From the NCBI GenBank assembly GCA_044356125.1, contig JBIKWW010000001.1, positions 1 through 24,606 on the forward strand: DNA of 24,606 bases, in the 5' to 3' direction. The notes beneath the pieces were generated by a model. It was not told where the DNA came from. It ran no database searches and saw only the letters and a list, made by a program, of their open reading frames with translations. This document shows, piece by piece, positions 16,602 through 24,606 of the stretch. Each line of letters opens with the position of its first letter. Within the stretch, counting starts at the first letter, position 1. The DNA comes from Acidimicrobiia bacterium. GTDB lineage: Bacteria; Actinomycetota; Acidimicrobiia; Acidimicrobiales; JANYDT01. Both the position numbers and the translations under genes were made by a program.

Positions 16602-18464
16602 GTGCAACACCGCAGCCGGCCGAGGTCCGTCCCCGCCGCACGCGCGCTGACGGTCGCGGCCCTGGCCGTGATCGCCGCTTCGTGCTCGTTCCCGGTGGAC
16701 GACTCCTCGTCCACCACGTCGGGGAACGGCCCCGCAGGGATCCCCGGCGACCGAATCCCGGTCGAGCTGGTCGTCTCCCCCGAGAAGATCACGCTGCTGA
16801 CCGAGCTGGCCGAGCAGTTCAACAACGACCGTGAGCTCTCCACCGTCGGCGGGGCCGACGGCAAGGAGATCGGCCGGGCCTTCGTCCGGGTCTCCCGCAA
16901 GGCCTCGGGTGGGGCCGCCGCCCTGCTCGCCCAGGACTGGCCCGACGAGGCCACGGACGGGCCCCGGCCCACCGTGTGGTCGCCCGCTGCGTCGTCGTGG
17001 GGAGCCGTCGTCGACCAGCGCCGCAGCGAGCAGGGCAAGGCCCCCATCGTCGGCCGCAGCCGTCCGTTCATGCGCACCCCGCTGGTGATCGCCATGCCCC
17101 GTCCGATGGCCCAGGCCCTGGGCTGGCCGTCGACGCCCATCGGATGGACCGACATCCTGGCCCTGGCCAAGGACCCGACCGGCTGGGCGTCCAAGGGCCA
17201 TCCCGAGTGGGGTCGGTTCCGCCTCGGCAAGACCAACCCGAACCTGTCGACCTCGGGCCTGTCGGCCACCGTCGCCCAGTACTACGCGGCCGCCGGCAGC
17301 ACGGGGAAGCTCGGCCTGGAGGATCTCCGCAACGACAAGGTCCTGCAGTTCGCCCGCGACCTGGAGTCCGCCGTCGTCCACTACGGCGACACCACCCTCA
17401 CCTTCCTCAACAACTGGGCCCGGGCCGACGCCCGCGGCAACGCCCTCGCGTACGCGTCCGCTGCCGCCGTCGAGGAGAAGTCGGTCATCGACTACAACAG
17501 CGGCGATCCCGACGGCGTGCTCGCCCCCGGCGAGACGCCCCGCAAGCCACGGCTGCCACTCGTGGCGATCTACCCGAAGGAGGGCACGCTCTTCTCGGAC
17601 AACCCCTTCATCGTGCTCGACGCCCCGTGGGTGAGCGCCGAGCAGAAGGCCGCTGCGGCGCGCTTCGAGGAGTTCGTGCAGCGTCCCGAGAACCAGCGGC
17701 GCGTGCTCGCCTTCGGCTTCCGTCCGGGCAACCCCGACGTCGCCATCGGCGACCCCATCAACGCCGCCAACGGCGTGGATCCCCAGCAGCCCAGGGCGAC
17801 ACTGGAGGTGCCCGAGCCCCGCGTGCTCACCGGCGTGCTCGACGCCTGGGCCCGGACGCGCAAGGGCGCCCGGGTGCTGCTCGTGCTCGACATCTCGGGC
17901 TCCATGGGGGATCCGGCCGTCGACGGCGGCAACGAGTCCAAGCTGGACCTGGCCAAGCGGGCCGCAGCCAGCGCCCTCGAGCAGTTCAAGGCCGACGACC
18001 TGGTGGGCCTGCGGGTGTTCTCCTCCGAGATCGGGCCCAACGCCGAGGACATCATCGATGTGCTCCCCGTGGCCGAGATCGGACCTGCCCGGGAGCAGAT
18101 GCGCTCCCGCATCAGCCAGTTGGTGCCGACCAACGGCACCCCCCTGTACACGGCCGCGCTCCAGTCGTTCCGGGACATGGAGGCGGCGCTCGATCCGGCC
18201 CGCATCAACGCCGTCGTGCTGCTCACCGACGGCCGCAACGAGGACCCCCGCAACGAGGACCTCCGGAGCCTGCTCACCGAGCTGCGCTCGGGGACCGAGG
18301 GGCAGCTGGTGTCGCCGGTGCGGATCTTCCCCATCGCCTACGGGGCCGACGCCGACCTCGACACCCTCAAGCGCATCGCCGAGGCCACCGACGCCGCCGC
18401 CTACAACGCCAAGGACCCCCGCACCATCGAGAAGGTCTTCGCCGACGTCATCGGCAACTTCTGA
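16602..18464 (+). CDS. Lipoprotein with extracellular solute-binding domain and C-terminal vWA domain (620 aa)
   Basis: Lipobox-like IAAS-C. SBP motifs PTVWSPA, TPLVIAMP, TNPNLSTSG, YPKEGT..SDNP, FGFRP. Complete MIDAS: LDISGSM, NGTPLY, LLTDG, plus IAYG. Confidence 0.9.
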   Translation: MQHRSRPRSVPAARALTVAALAVIAASCSFPVDDSSSTTSGNGPAGIPGDRIPVELVVSPEKITLLTELAEQFNNDRELSTVGGADGKEIGRAFVRVSRKASGGAAALLAQDWPDEATDGPRPTVWSPAASSWGAVVDQRRSEQGKAPIVGRSRPFMRTPLVIAMPRPMAQALGWPSTPIGWTDILALAKDPTGWASKGHPEWGRFRLGKTNPNLSTSGLSATVAQYYAAAGSTGKLGLEDLRNDKVLQFARDLESAVVHYGDTTLTFLNNWARADARGNALAYASAAAVEEKSVIDYNSGDPDGVLAPGETPRKPRLPLVAIYPKEGTLFSDNPFIVLDAPWVSAEQKAAAARFEEFVQRPENQRRVLAFGFRPGNPDVAIGDPINAANGVDPQQPRATLEVPEPRVLTGVLDAWARTRKGARVLLVLDISGSMGDPAVDGGNESKLDLAKRAAASALEQFKADDLVGLRVFSSEIGPNAEDIIDVLPVAEIGPAREQMRSRISQLVPTNGTPLYTAALQSFRDMEAALDPARINAVVLLTDGRNEDPRNEDLRSLLTELRSGTEGQLVSPVRIFPIAYGADADLDTLKRIAEATDAAAYNAKDPRTIEKVFADVIGNF

Positions 18465-18527
18465 GGCACCTGCACGGTCGAGGCGCCAGCGGCGGGCGAT
18501 CCAGGCGCGGCGCCGGGCCGCGCCGGC

Positions 18528-19508
18528 GTGGCGACCGTCCCTCACCGGGCCCGGCGGCCCTCGTCCGGTCCGCCCGTCGGGTCTGTCGTAGCCTCCCCTC
18601 CCGTGGCCCCAGACACCGACGACGCCATCGGCCGGGGCATCGCCCGCATCGGCCCGGGCCGCCTCGCCCGGGCGATCACGGCACCGTCGGGGATCCTGAC
18701 CTTCGGGGTCGTCACCGCCGCCGCCATCCTGGGTCTGGGCGTGTCGGCCGGAGCGTTGGCCGGGGCCGGGGTCCTCGGGACCGTGGCCTGGCTCGGCGGC
18801 ACCGCCTGGCGGATCGGCCGGGCCTCCCGGCAGGCCGATCGGAACGGCGGCCGGAACGGCGCAGGACCCCGGATCGACCCCTTCGCCGTGGGTGAGCCGT
18901 GGCGCCGCTTCGTCACCTCGGTCCTGCGCCAGCAGTCGCGCTACCGCGAGGTCGTGGCGGGCACGCAGGCGGGGCCCATCCGGGACCGCCTGGCCTCCAT
19001 CGGCGACCGCGTCGACGAGGTCGTGCGCGACGTGTGGGAGGTCGCCCAGCGGGGCAACACCCTCCACGACGCCCTGCGCCGTCTCGACCTGCGCAGCCTG
19101 GAGCGGGAGCTGGCCGACACCGAGCGCGAGCTGGCGACGGCCGGGCCGGACCGCCGGGCCGTCCTGACCGAGCTGGTCGAGACGCGTCGGGCCAGCCTGG
19201 CCGTCGCCCAGCGGCTCGCCTCGAGCACCCAGAGCGCCCTCGACCGCCTCCGCGCCCTCGATGCCGACCTCGAACGGCTGGTGGTGAACGCCGTGGAGGT
19301 GTCGGCCACCACCAGCACGAGCTCGGATCTCGACCAGCTCGACGAACTCGACCGCCAGTTCGACACGATGGTCGACGAGCTCGAGGGCCTGCGCCTGGCC
19401 CTCGACGAGACCCAGTCGGTCGAGCGGGGGGCCACCGGAGCTCCCGGCCCGACCGCGGCAGGCGGCACCCCGCTGCCCGGCTCGATGCCCGGCTCGATGC
19501 CCGGCTGA
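18528..19508 (+). CDS. Two-TM membrane protein with long cytoplasmic coiled-coil, PspM/XpaC-like (alternative start GTG 18603)
   Basis: Two hydrophobic helices (GILTFGVVTAAAILGLG; LAGAGVLGTVAWLGG), then heptad-rich helices ending DELEGLRLALDE. Directly upstream of pspA. Confidence 0.75.
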   Translation: MATVPHRARRPSSGPPVGSVVASPPVAPDTDDAIGRGIARIGPGRLARAITAPSGILTFGVVTAAAILGLGVSAGALAGAGVLGTVAWLGGTAWRIGRASRQADRNGGRNGAGPRIDPFAVGEPWRRFVTSVLRQQSRYREVVAGTQAGPIRDRLASIGDRVDEVVRDVWEVAQRGNTLHDALRRLDLRSLERELADTERELATAGPDRRAVLTELVETRRASLAVAQRLASSTQSALDRLRALDADLERLVVNAVEVSATTSTSSDLDQLDELDRQFDTMVDELEGLRLALDETQSVERGATGAPGPTAAGGTPLPGSMPGSMPG

Positions 19509-19555
19509 GCACGACGTTCGGCTCCCGCGGCCCCCCCGAAGCGGCGGGCCACCGG

Positions 19556-19561
19556 TACGAT
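19556..19561 (+). promoter_or_regulatory. Putative -10 box (TACGAT), leaderless promoter of pspA
   Basis: TACGAT lies 6 nt before ATG 19568, with no SD upstream. Confidence 0.6.
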
Positions 19562-19567
19562 TCCCGC

Positions 19568-20344
19568 ATGCTCAAGCTCGTCCGCCGTTCGTGGAAGTAC
19601 CTCACCGCGCTGCTCACCGGGAAGTTCAACGAGAAGGCGGACCCCAAGGTCCAGCTGGAGCAGGCCCTGGCCGAGGCGCAGGATCAGCACCGGCGCCTCA
19701 AGGAGCAGGCGGCCAACGTCATCGCCAACCAGAAGCAGACCGAGATGCAGCTCGAGCGCAAGCTCGACGAGTTGGAGAAGATCAACGCCTCGGCCCGCCA
19801 GGCCGTGCTCATGGCCGATGACGCCACCAAGAAGGGCGATCCGGCCAAGGCCGCCGAGTACACCCGCACGGCCGAGGCCTTCGCCAACCGGCTCATCGCC
19901 ATCGAGTCCGAGGTCGAGGGCCTGAAGAACCTGTCGCTGCAGGCCACGCAGGCGGCCGACCAGGCCAAGGCGGCCGTCGCCCAGAGCTCCACGCAGATCC
20001 AGAAGCGCCTGGCCGAGAAGCAGCGACTGCTGTCCCAGCTCGACCAGGCCAAGATGCAGGAGCAGATGAACACGACGATGGCGCAGCTCACCGAGCAGGT
20101 GGGCGGCGACGTCCCCTCGCTCGACGAGGTCCGCCAGAAGATCGAGGCCCGCTACGCCAAGGCCAGCGGCGCCGCCGAGCTCCAGAGCACGACCGTCGAG
20201 TCCCGCATGCTGGAGGTCGAGCAGGCCGCGGCCAACACCGAGGCCCAGGCCCGCCTCTCCCAGATCAAGGCCCAGCTCGGGCTCGGCGAGGCCGCCGCTC
20301 CGGCGTCGGCTCCTGCGCCCGGCACTCCCCAGCCGGGAGCCTGA
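19568..20344 (+). CDS. pspA: PspA/IM30-family protein (actinobacterial Rv2744c-like; ESCRT-III superfamily), 258 aa
   Basis: WKYLTALL, ADPKVQLEQA, LLSQLDQAKMQEQM, PSLDEVRQKIEARYA, SRMLEVEQA, as recalled for the mycobacterial PspA. Confidence 0.93.
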   Translation: MLKLVRRSWKYLTALLTGKFNEKADPKVQLEQALAEAQDQHRRLKEQAANVIANQKQTEMQLERKLDELEKINASARQAVLMADDATKKGDPAKAAEYTRTAEAFANRLIAIESEVEGLKNLSLQATQAADQAKAAVAQSSTQIQKRLAEKQRLLSQLDQAKMQEQMNTTMAQLTEQVGGDVPSLDEVRQKIEARYAKASGAAELQSTTVESRMLEVEQAAANTEAQARLSQIKAQLGLGEAAAPASAPAPGTPQPGA

Positions 20345-20353
20345 GCGGCCCGA

Positions 20354-20371
20354 TCGTCAGCGCGCTGACGA
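20354..20371. promoter_or_regulatory. Perfect 18-bp palindrome between pspA and the RNase gene
   Basis: TCGTCAGCGCGCTGACGA. The palindrome is seen directly; its function is unknown. Confidence 0.4.
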
Positions 20372-20389
20372 AGACCGACCGGAGATCCG

Positions 20390-21811
20390 ATGGTGCGGTC
20401 GCTGCGCGCCGACCGGGCCGTCGCCCGGCGCCTCGACGACGGCCTCCGGCTCATCAGGGAGCAGGCCGGGATCCCGGTCGCCTTTCCTGACGCGGTGACC
20501 CGCCTGGCCGCCGAACGGGTCGCCGCCGGCCCCCGCCCGGTGGACCGGGTCGACCTGACGGAGCTGGACTTCGTCACCCTCGACCCGGCGACGAGCACCG
20601 ACCTCGACCAGGCCTTCGTCGTCGGACGCGACGGTGGCACCGTGGTCGTCCACTACGCCATCGCCGATGTGGCCGCCTTCGTGGTGCCCGGCGACGCCAT
20701 CGATGCCGAGGCCTGGCGGCGGGCCGTCACCGTCTACGCCCCCGACGGCTCCACGCCGCTCTACCCCCGGGTCATCAGCTCGGGGGCGGCGTCGCTGCTG
20801 CCCGACGGTCCGCGTCCGGCGGTGGTGCTGGAGGTCGGTGTGGCCCCCGACGCCACCCCCACGCTGCGGCGCGTCCGCCGGGCCCTGGTCCGCAGCCGGG
20901 CCAAGCTCGCCTACGAGACCACCACCCCCGACGACCTCCCCGAGCCGGTCCGGGAACTGGCCCGGCGCATGCAGGACGGCGAGCGGCGTCGGGGAGCGTT
21001 CCGCATCGACACCCCGGAGCAGGAGGTCGTCGAGGATGCCGCCGTACCGGGCGGCATCCGCCTGCGCTTCGCCGCCCGGCAGGCCTCCGAGGAGGTCAAC
21101 GCGTCGATGTCGCTGGCGGTCAACCTGGCCGTGGCCTCGGCCATGATCGGGGCCGGGACCGGTCTGTTCCGCATGATGGCCGACCCGACCGACCGCGAGG
21201 TGGCGTCGCTGCGCCGGACCGCCGCCTCCTTCGGGATCGACTGGGCCCCCGACGAGTCCCTGCGCGACCTCGTCGCCCGCATCGATGCCACCGAGCCCCG
21301 GGCGGCCGCCCTGCTGATGGCGGCCCGTCGGGCCGGGGGCGGCGCATCGTATGCATACCTACGGACCGACGGCAGTGGCCCGGCACCCTGGCACGCTGCC
21401 ATGGCCGCGCCCTACGCACATGTCACGGCACCCATGCGCCGGCTGGCCGACCGCTTCGTGCTGGAGCTCGTCAGCGCGCAGATGAACGGCGAGCCCGTGC
21501 CCGACTTCGTGGACGAAGCTCTCCCCCGGCTCCCGCAGCTCATGGACGACGCCGACGGCCGTGCGGCCAGGATCGACCGCGCGGCCATCGACCTGGCCGA
21601 GTGCCTGATGCTCGAGCCCGCCATCGGGCGCCGCTTCGAGGCCGTGGTGGTGGAGACCGATCCGTCGGGACCGGCCACGGTGCACATCGACGATCCTGCC
21701 GTCGCCGTGCGCGTACGGCTGCGCGGCGTCGAGCCGGGTGACGTCGTCGAGCTGCGCCTGACCGGCGTCGACACCGCCCGGCGGCGCCTGGACTTCACCC
21801 GCACCCGCTGA
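20390..21811 (+). CDS. RNB-domain (RNase II/R family) 3'-5' exoribonuclease lacking obvious N-terminal cold-shock domains (473 aa)
   Basis: GGAG SD at 20381. FVTLDPATSTDLDQAF, HYAIADV, YAHVTAPMRRLADR, and a C-terminal S1-like beta region. Confidence 0.88.
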   Translation: MVRSLRADRAVARRLDDGLRLIREQAGIPVAFPDAVTRLAAERVAAGPRPVDRVDLTELDFVTLDPATSTDLDQAFVVGRDGGTVVVHYAIADVAAFVVPGDAIDAEAWRRAVTVYAPDGSTPLYPRVISSGAASLLPDGPRPAVVLEVGVAPDATPTLRRVRRALVRSRAKLAYETTTPDDLPEPVRELARRMQDGERRRGAFRIDTPEQEVVEDAAVPGGIRLRFAARQASEEVNASMSLAVNLAVASAMIGAGTGLFRMMADPTDREVASLRRTAASFGIDWAPDESLRDLVARIDATEPRAAALLMAARRAGGGASYAYLRTDGSGPAPWHAAMAAPYAHVTAPMRRLADRFVLELVSAQMNGEPVPDFVDEALPRLPQLMDDADGRAARIDRAAIDLAECLMLEPAIGRRFEAVVVETDPSGPATVHIDDPAVAVRVRLRGVEPGDVVELRLTGVDTARRRLDFTRTR

Positions 21812-21860
21812 GGGGCAGTTCACCCGCACCCGCTGAGCGGCACCGGCCGGCACCGGCCGG
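21794..21860. repeat. Duplicated gene end (19-bp direct repeat) plus a 10-bp tandem repeat
   Basis: TTCACCCGCACCCGCTGAG at 21794-21812 and 21819-21837; GGCACCGGCC x2 at 21839-21858. Confidence 0.9.
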
Positions 21861-21861
21861 C

Positions 21862-22953
21862 TCAGAGCAGCACGAGGTCGTCTCGGTGCACGAGCACGGT
21901 GGGGGCCTCCTCGGGCAGGTCGGCGGACCGACGGCCGGCCACGGCGCGGGCCCCCTCGGCGCTGTAGCGGGCCAGCCCCCGGGCGATCACGCGCCCGTCG
22001 CCGTCGGCGATCTCGATGGTGGCGCCCTCGTCGAAGTCGCCGACGACCCCCACGACGCCGGCGGGCAGCAGCGAGGTGCCCCGCTCGGTCAGCGCCCGTA
22101 CGGCTCCGCCGTCGATGACCACCCGGCCCTCGACCTCGCCGGCGAAGCCGATCCACAGCTTGCGGGCGCTGAGCGGCCGGGCGTGGGCGGCAACGACCGT
22201 ACCCACCCCGTCCACGTCGTCGGCTGCGTCGACCACCACCCGCGGGCGGGTGGCCGAGGCGATGACCGCCCGGACGCCCGACAGCGAGGCCATCCGGGCC
22301 GCCTGCAGCTTGGAGGTCATGCCCCCGCTGCCCCGGGCCGAACCGGTGCCGCCGGCCATGGCCAGAACCTCGGGGGTGACCGCCTCCAGCCGTCGCACCA
22401 AGGTGGCGGCCGGATCGGTGCGCGGATCGGCCGTGTACAGCCCGGCGATGTCGGTGAGCAGCACGAGCACGTCCGCGGCGATGAGGTGGCCGACGAGGGC
22501 GGCGATGCGGTCGTTGTCGCCGAAGCGCAGCTCGGCATCGGACACGGCGTCGTTCTCGTTCACCACGGGCACGACACCGAGCTCGAGCAGGCGCAGGAAC
22601 GTCTGGCGGGCGTGGAGGTACTGGGTCCGGTCGAAGAAGTTCCCGGGGACGAGCAGCATCTGGCCGCTCACGATGCCGAGCCGGGCGAAGGTGTCGTCCC
22701 AGGTGCGCATCAGGCGGCTCTGGCCGACCGACGAGACCGCCTGCTTGGTGAGCATGTCCGACGGCCGACGGTCCCCCATGCCGAGCGCCTCGAGGCCGGC
22801 GGCCACGGCTCCCGACGAGACCACCACCACCCGGTCACCCCGTCGGCGCAGCGCCGCGACCTCGTCGGCGACCCGCTCGATGGCGGCCCGCTGGATCAGG
22901 CCGCGCTCGTCCGTCAGCGATGAGGTCCCGATCTTGACGACGACGGTGGCCAC
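21862..22953 (-). CDS. proB: Glutamate 5-kinase with C-terminal PUA domain (363 aa)
   Basis: VVKIGTSSL, VSSGAVAAG, VGQSRLM, NENDAV, FGDNDRIAA, GSGGMTSKLQAA, SLLPAGV. Downstream of obgE. Confidence 0.97.
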   Translation of the reverse strand: MATVVVKIGTSSLTDERGLIQRAAIERVADEVAALRRRGDRVVVVSSGAVAAGLEALGMGDRRPSDMLTKQAVSSVGQSRLMRTWDDTFARLGIVSGQMLLVPGNFFDRTQYLHARQTFLRLLELGVVPVVNENDAVSDAELRFGDNDRIAALVGHLIAADVLVLLTDIAGLYTADPRTDPAATLVRRLEAVTPEVLAMAGGTGSARGSGGMTSKLQAARMASLSGVRAVIASATRPRVVVDAADDVDGVGTVVAAHARPLSARKLWIGFAGEVEGRVVIDGGAVRALTERGTSLLPAGVVGVVGDFDEGATIEIADGDGRVIARGLARYSAEGARAVAGRRSADLPEEAPTVLVHRDDLVLL

Positions 22954-22968
22954 GGCACGACGCTCCGG

Positions 22969-24258
22969 TCAGCCTTCGTAGTCGAAGGCGAAGGCACCGA
23001 TGCGGACCACGTCACCGGTGCGGGCCCCGGCCCGGGCCAGGGCACGGTCGATGCCCAATCGGCTGATGCGGCGCTGCAGCTCGGCGATGACCTGAGGGTT
23101 GGTCAGATCGGAGAGCGCCACCGCCCGCAGCGCCTCGCGGCCGAGCACGACCCACGCGCCGTCGTCGTCGCGTCGGATCTCGAGGGCGTCCTCGGCCGGG
23201 CGGTGCACCACGTAGAGCTCGCCGCGGGGCTCGCTGCGCCGGGCCGCCTGCACGAGCGGCACCAGGGCGCGCAGCAGTTCGGTCACCCCCGCTCCGGTGA
23301 CCGCCGAGATGCACAGGCCGGGGGCGTCGGGCACGAGGAGCTCGAGGTCCTCGCGGGGAGCGCCGAGGGCCCCGATGACGTCGAGCTTGGTGCCCACGAC
23401 CAGACGCGGGCGCTCGGCCAGCTCGGGGCGGTAGCGGCGCAACTCCTCGACGAGCACCTCCTCCTGACGGGAGGGGCTCTGGTCGGCGCTGAGGTCGACG
23501 AGCACGAGCAGCACCCGGGCCCGCTCGACGTGGCGGAGGAACTGGAACCCGAGCCCCCGGCCCTCGCTGGCCCCTTCGATGAGGCCGGGGATGTCGGCGA
23601 CGACGAACTCGACGTCGCCGCGGGGATCGGCGTCGGTCCCCCACCCGCCCAGCCGCACGACACCGAGGTTGGGCTCGAGGGTCGTGAACGGGTAGTCGGC
23701 GATCTTGGGCCGGGCCGCCGAGATCACCGAGATGAGCGTCGACTTGCCGGCGTTGGGGAAGCCGACGAGGGCGACGTCGGCCATCAGCTTGAGCTCGAGG
23801 TTGCACCAGCGCTCCTCGCCGACCTCGCCCTGCTCGGCGAAGTTGGGGGCGCGGCGTCGGTTGGACAGGAAGCTCTGGTTGCCCCGTCCTCCCCGACCGC
23901 CGCCGGCGGCCTTCCAGCGGTGGCCCTCGGCCGCCAGGTCGGCCACGACGTTGCCGTCGAGATCGCTGATGACGGTTCCGACCGGCACGTTCACCACCGT
24001 GTCGCCGCCGTTGCGGCCGTGACGGCCGTTGCCGCCGCCGTGGGTGCCGTCCTCGGCCCGCCGGAACGGGTGGTCCCGGAAGGCGAGCAGGGACGCGACG
24101 TTGCGGTCGGCGACGACCCAGACGTCACCCCCGTCGCCCCCGTTGCCGCCGTTGGGCCCGCCCTGGGGCACGAACGGCTCGCGGCGGAAGGCGACCGCCC
24201 CGGCCCCGCCGTCGCCGCCCTTGACGTGCAGTTGGGCCTCGTCGACGAACCCGCTCAT
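22969..24258 (-). CDS. obgE: GTPase ObgE/CgtA (429 aa)
   Basis: Start ATG 24258 (MSGFVDEA) with GAGGA SD. Gly-rich Obg fold, GFPNAGKS, DYPFTTLEPN, DIPGLIEGA, TKLD, ISA, C-terminal GDVVRIG domain. Confidence 0.97.
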   Translation of the reverse strand: MSGFVDEAQLHVKGGDGGAGAVAFRREPFVPQGGPNGGNGGDGGDVWVVADRNVASLLAFRDHPFRRAEDGTHGGGNGRHGRNGGDTVVNVPVGTVISDLDGNVVADLAAEGHRWKAAGGGRGGRGNQSFLSNRRRAPNFAEQGEVGEERWCNLELKLMADVALVGFPNAGKSTLISVISAARPKIADYPFTTLEPNLGVVRLGGWGTDADPRGDVEFVVADIPGLIEGASEGRGLGFQFLRHVERARVLLVLVDLSADQSPSRQEEVLVEELRRYRPELAERPRLVVGTKLDVIGALGAPREDLELLVPDAPGLCISAVTGAGVTELLRALVPLVQAARRSEPRGELYVVHRPAEDALEIRRDDDGAWVVLGREALRAVALSDLTNPQVIAELQRRISRLGIDRALARAGARTGDVVRIGAFAFDYEG

Positions 24259-24291
24259 CAGCCGTTCCTCGTGATCCGGGCCCGGACGCGC

Positions 24292-24318
24292 CACAGGCCG
24301 GCAGCGCGCCGGCCTGTG
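24292..24318 (-). terminator. Hairpin between rpmA and obgE
   Basis: CACAGGCCGG (24292-24301) / CCGGCCTGTG (24309-24318), 10-bp stem. Confidence 0.45.
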
Positions 24319-24361
24319 TGGTTCGGCGTCGCAGTGCGGACGCCCCGGGCTGTTGCGGCGA

Positions 24362-24606
24362 TCAGGCGCCGGCCTCGGCGGTGTCGGCGGCGTCGATCGA
24401 CACGTACTTGCGGCCCCGGCGGGAGCCGAAGCGCACCGACCCGTCGACCATGGCGAAGAGCGTGTCGTCGCCCCCTCGCCCGACGTTGGCCCCGGGGTGG
24501 ATCCCCGTGCCCCGCTGCCGCACGATGATCGACCCGGCGCTCACCGCGCCGCCGTCGCCCACCTTCACCCCGAGGCGCTTGGCCTGGGAGTCACGCCCGT
24601 TGCGGG
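24362..24606 (-). CDS. rpmA: 50S ribosomal protein L27, 5'-truncated by the window edge
   Basis: [36 protein letters not shown]. Confidence 0.97.
   Translation of the reverse strand, partial: RNGRDSQAKRLGVKVGDGGAVSAGSIIVRQRGTGIHPGANVGRGGDDTLFAMVDGSVRFGSRRGRKYVSIDAADTAEAGA

Noticed and set aside
16566-19067. Long antisense ORFs (833 aa here; also 4451..6073, 8364..9917, 1013..2407, 13884..15380)
   Set aside because: Shadow ORFs expected from stop-codon scarcity in high-GC DNA. They have no recognisable motifs and lie opposite well-supported genes.
18899-20344. 481-aa ORF implying a PspA fusion
   Set aside because: The first 223 codons are an off-frame reading of the PspM-like gene and the intergenic gap; PspA similarity starts at ATG 19568.
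23380-23395. ObgE G4 motif TKLD instead of NKxD
   Set aside because: TKxD variants occur in Obg-family GTPases and all other G motifs are intact.

Overview
High-GC actinobacterial chromosomal segment (Acidimicrobiia is a guess). Left end: 3' part of a class II DAHP synthase, a PAS-GGDEF-EAL protein, a dGTPase-like HD protein and a small DinB-like protein (+ strand). Then a MoxR AAA+/CoxE-like vWA pair and a LivFGHMK-type ABC operon of the acyl-CoA-ligase-associated kind (- strand). The 'ligase' in that operon is a truncated, P-loop-less protein carrying an inserted membrane hairpin. Divergent from it is a six-gene + strand cluster: TerB-like/SpoVK-CbbX AAA+ ATPase, membrane-anchored degenerate solute-binding-like protein, SBP-vWA lipoprotein, 2-TM coiled-coil PspM/XpaC-like protein, PspA/IM30 (ESCRT-III superfamily), and an RNB-family exoribonuclease. 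Right end: housekeeping rpmA-obgE-proB (- strand). This AAA/SBP-vWA/PspM/PspA cluster is the best candidate for an uncharacterised envelope-stress or membrane-remodelling system. The DNA also shows a shared GTGAC-N4-GTCAC palindrome at two points of the transporter operon, several TANNNT boxes 6-8 nt before start codons (leaderless-type promoters), and many short tandem duplications. No rRNA, tRNA, CRISPR array, integrase or transposase was recognised. All family assignments come from motif recognition by eye; no searches were run.
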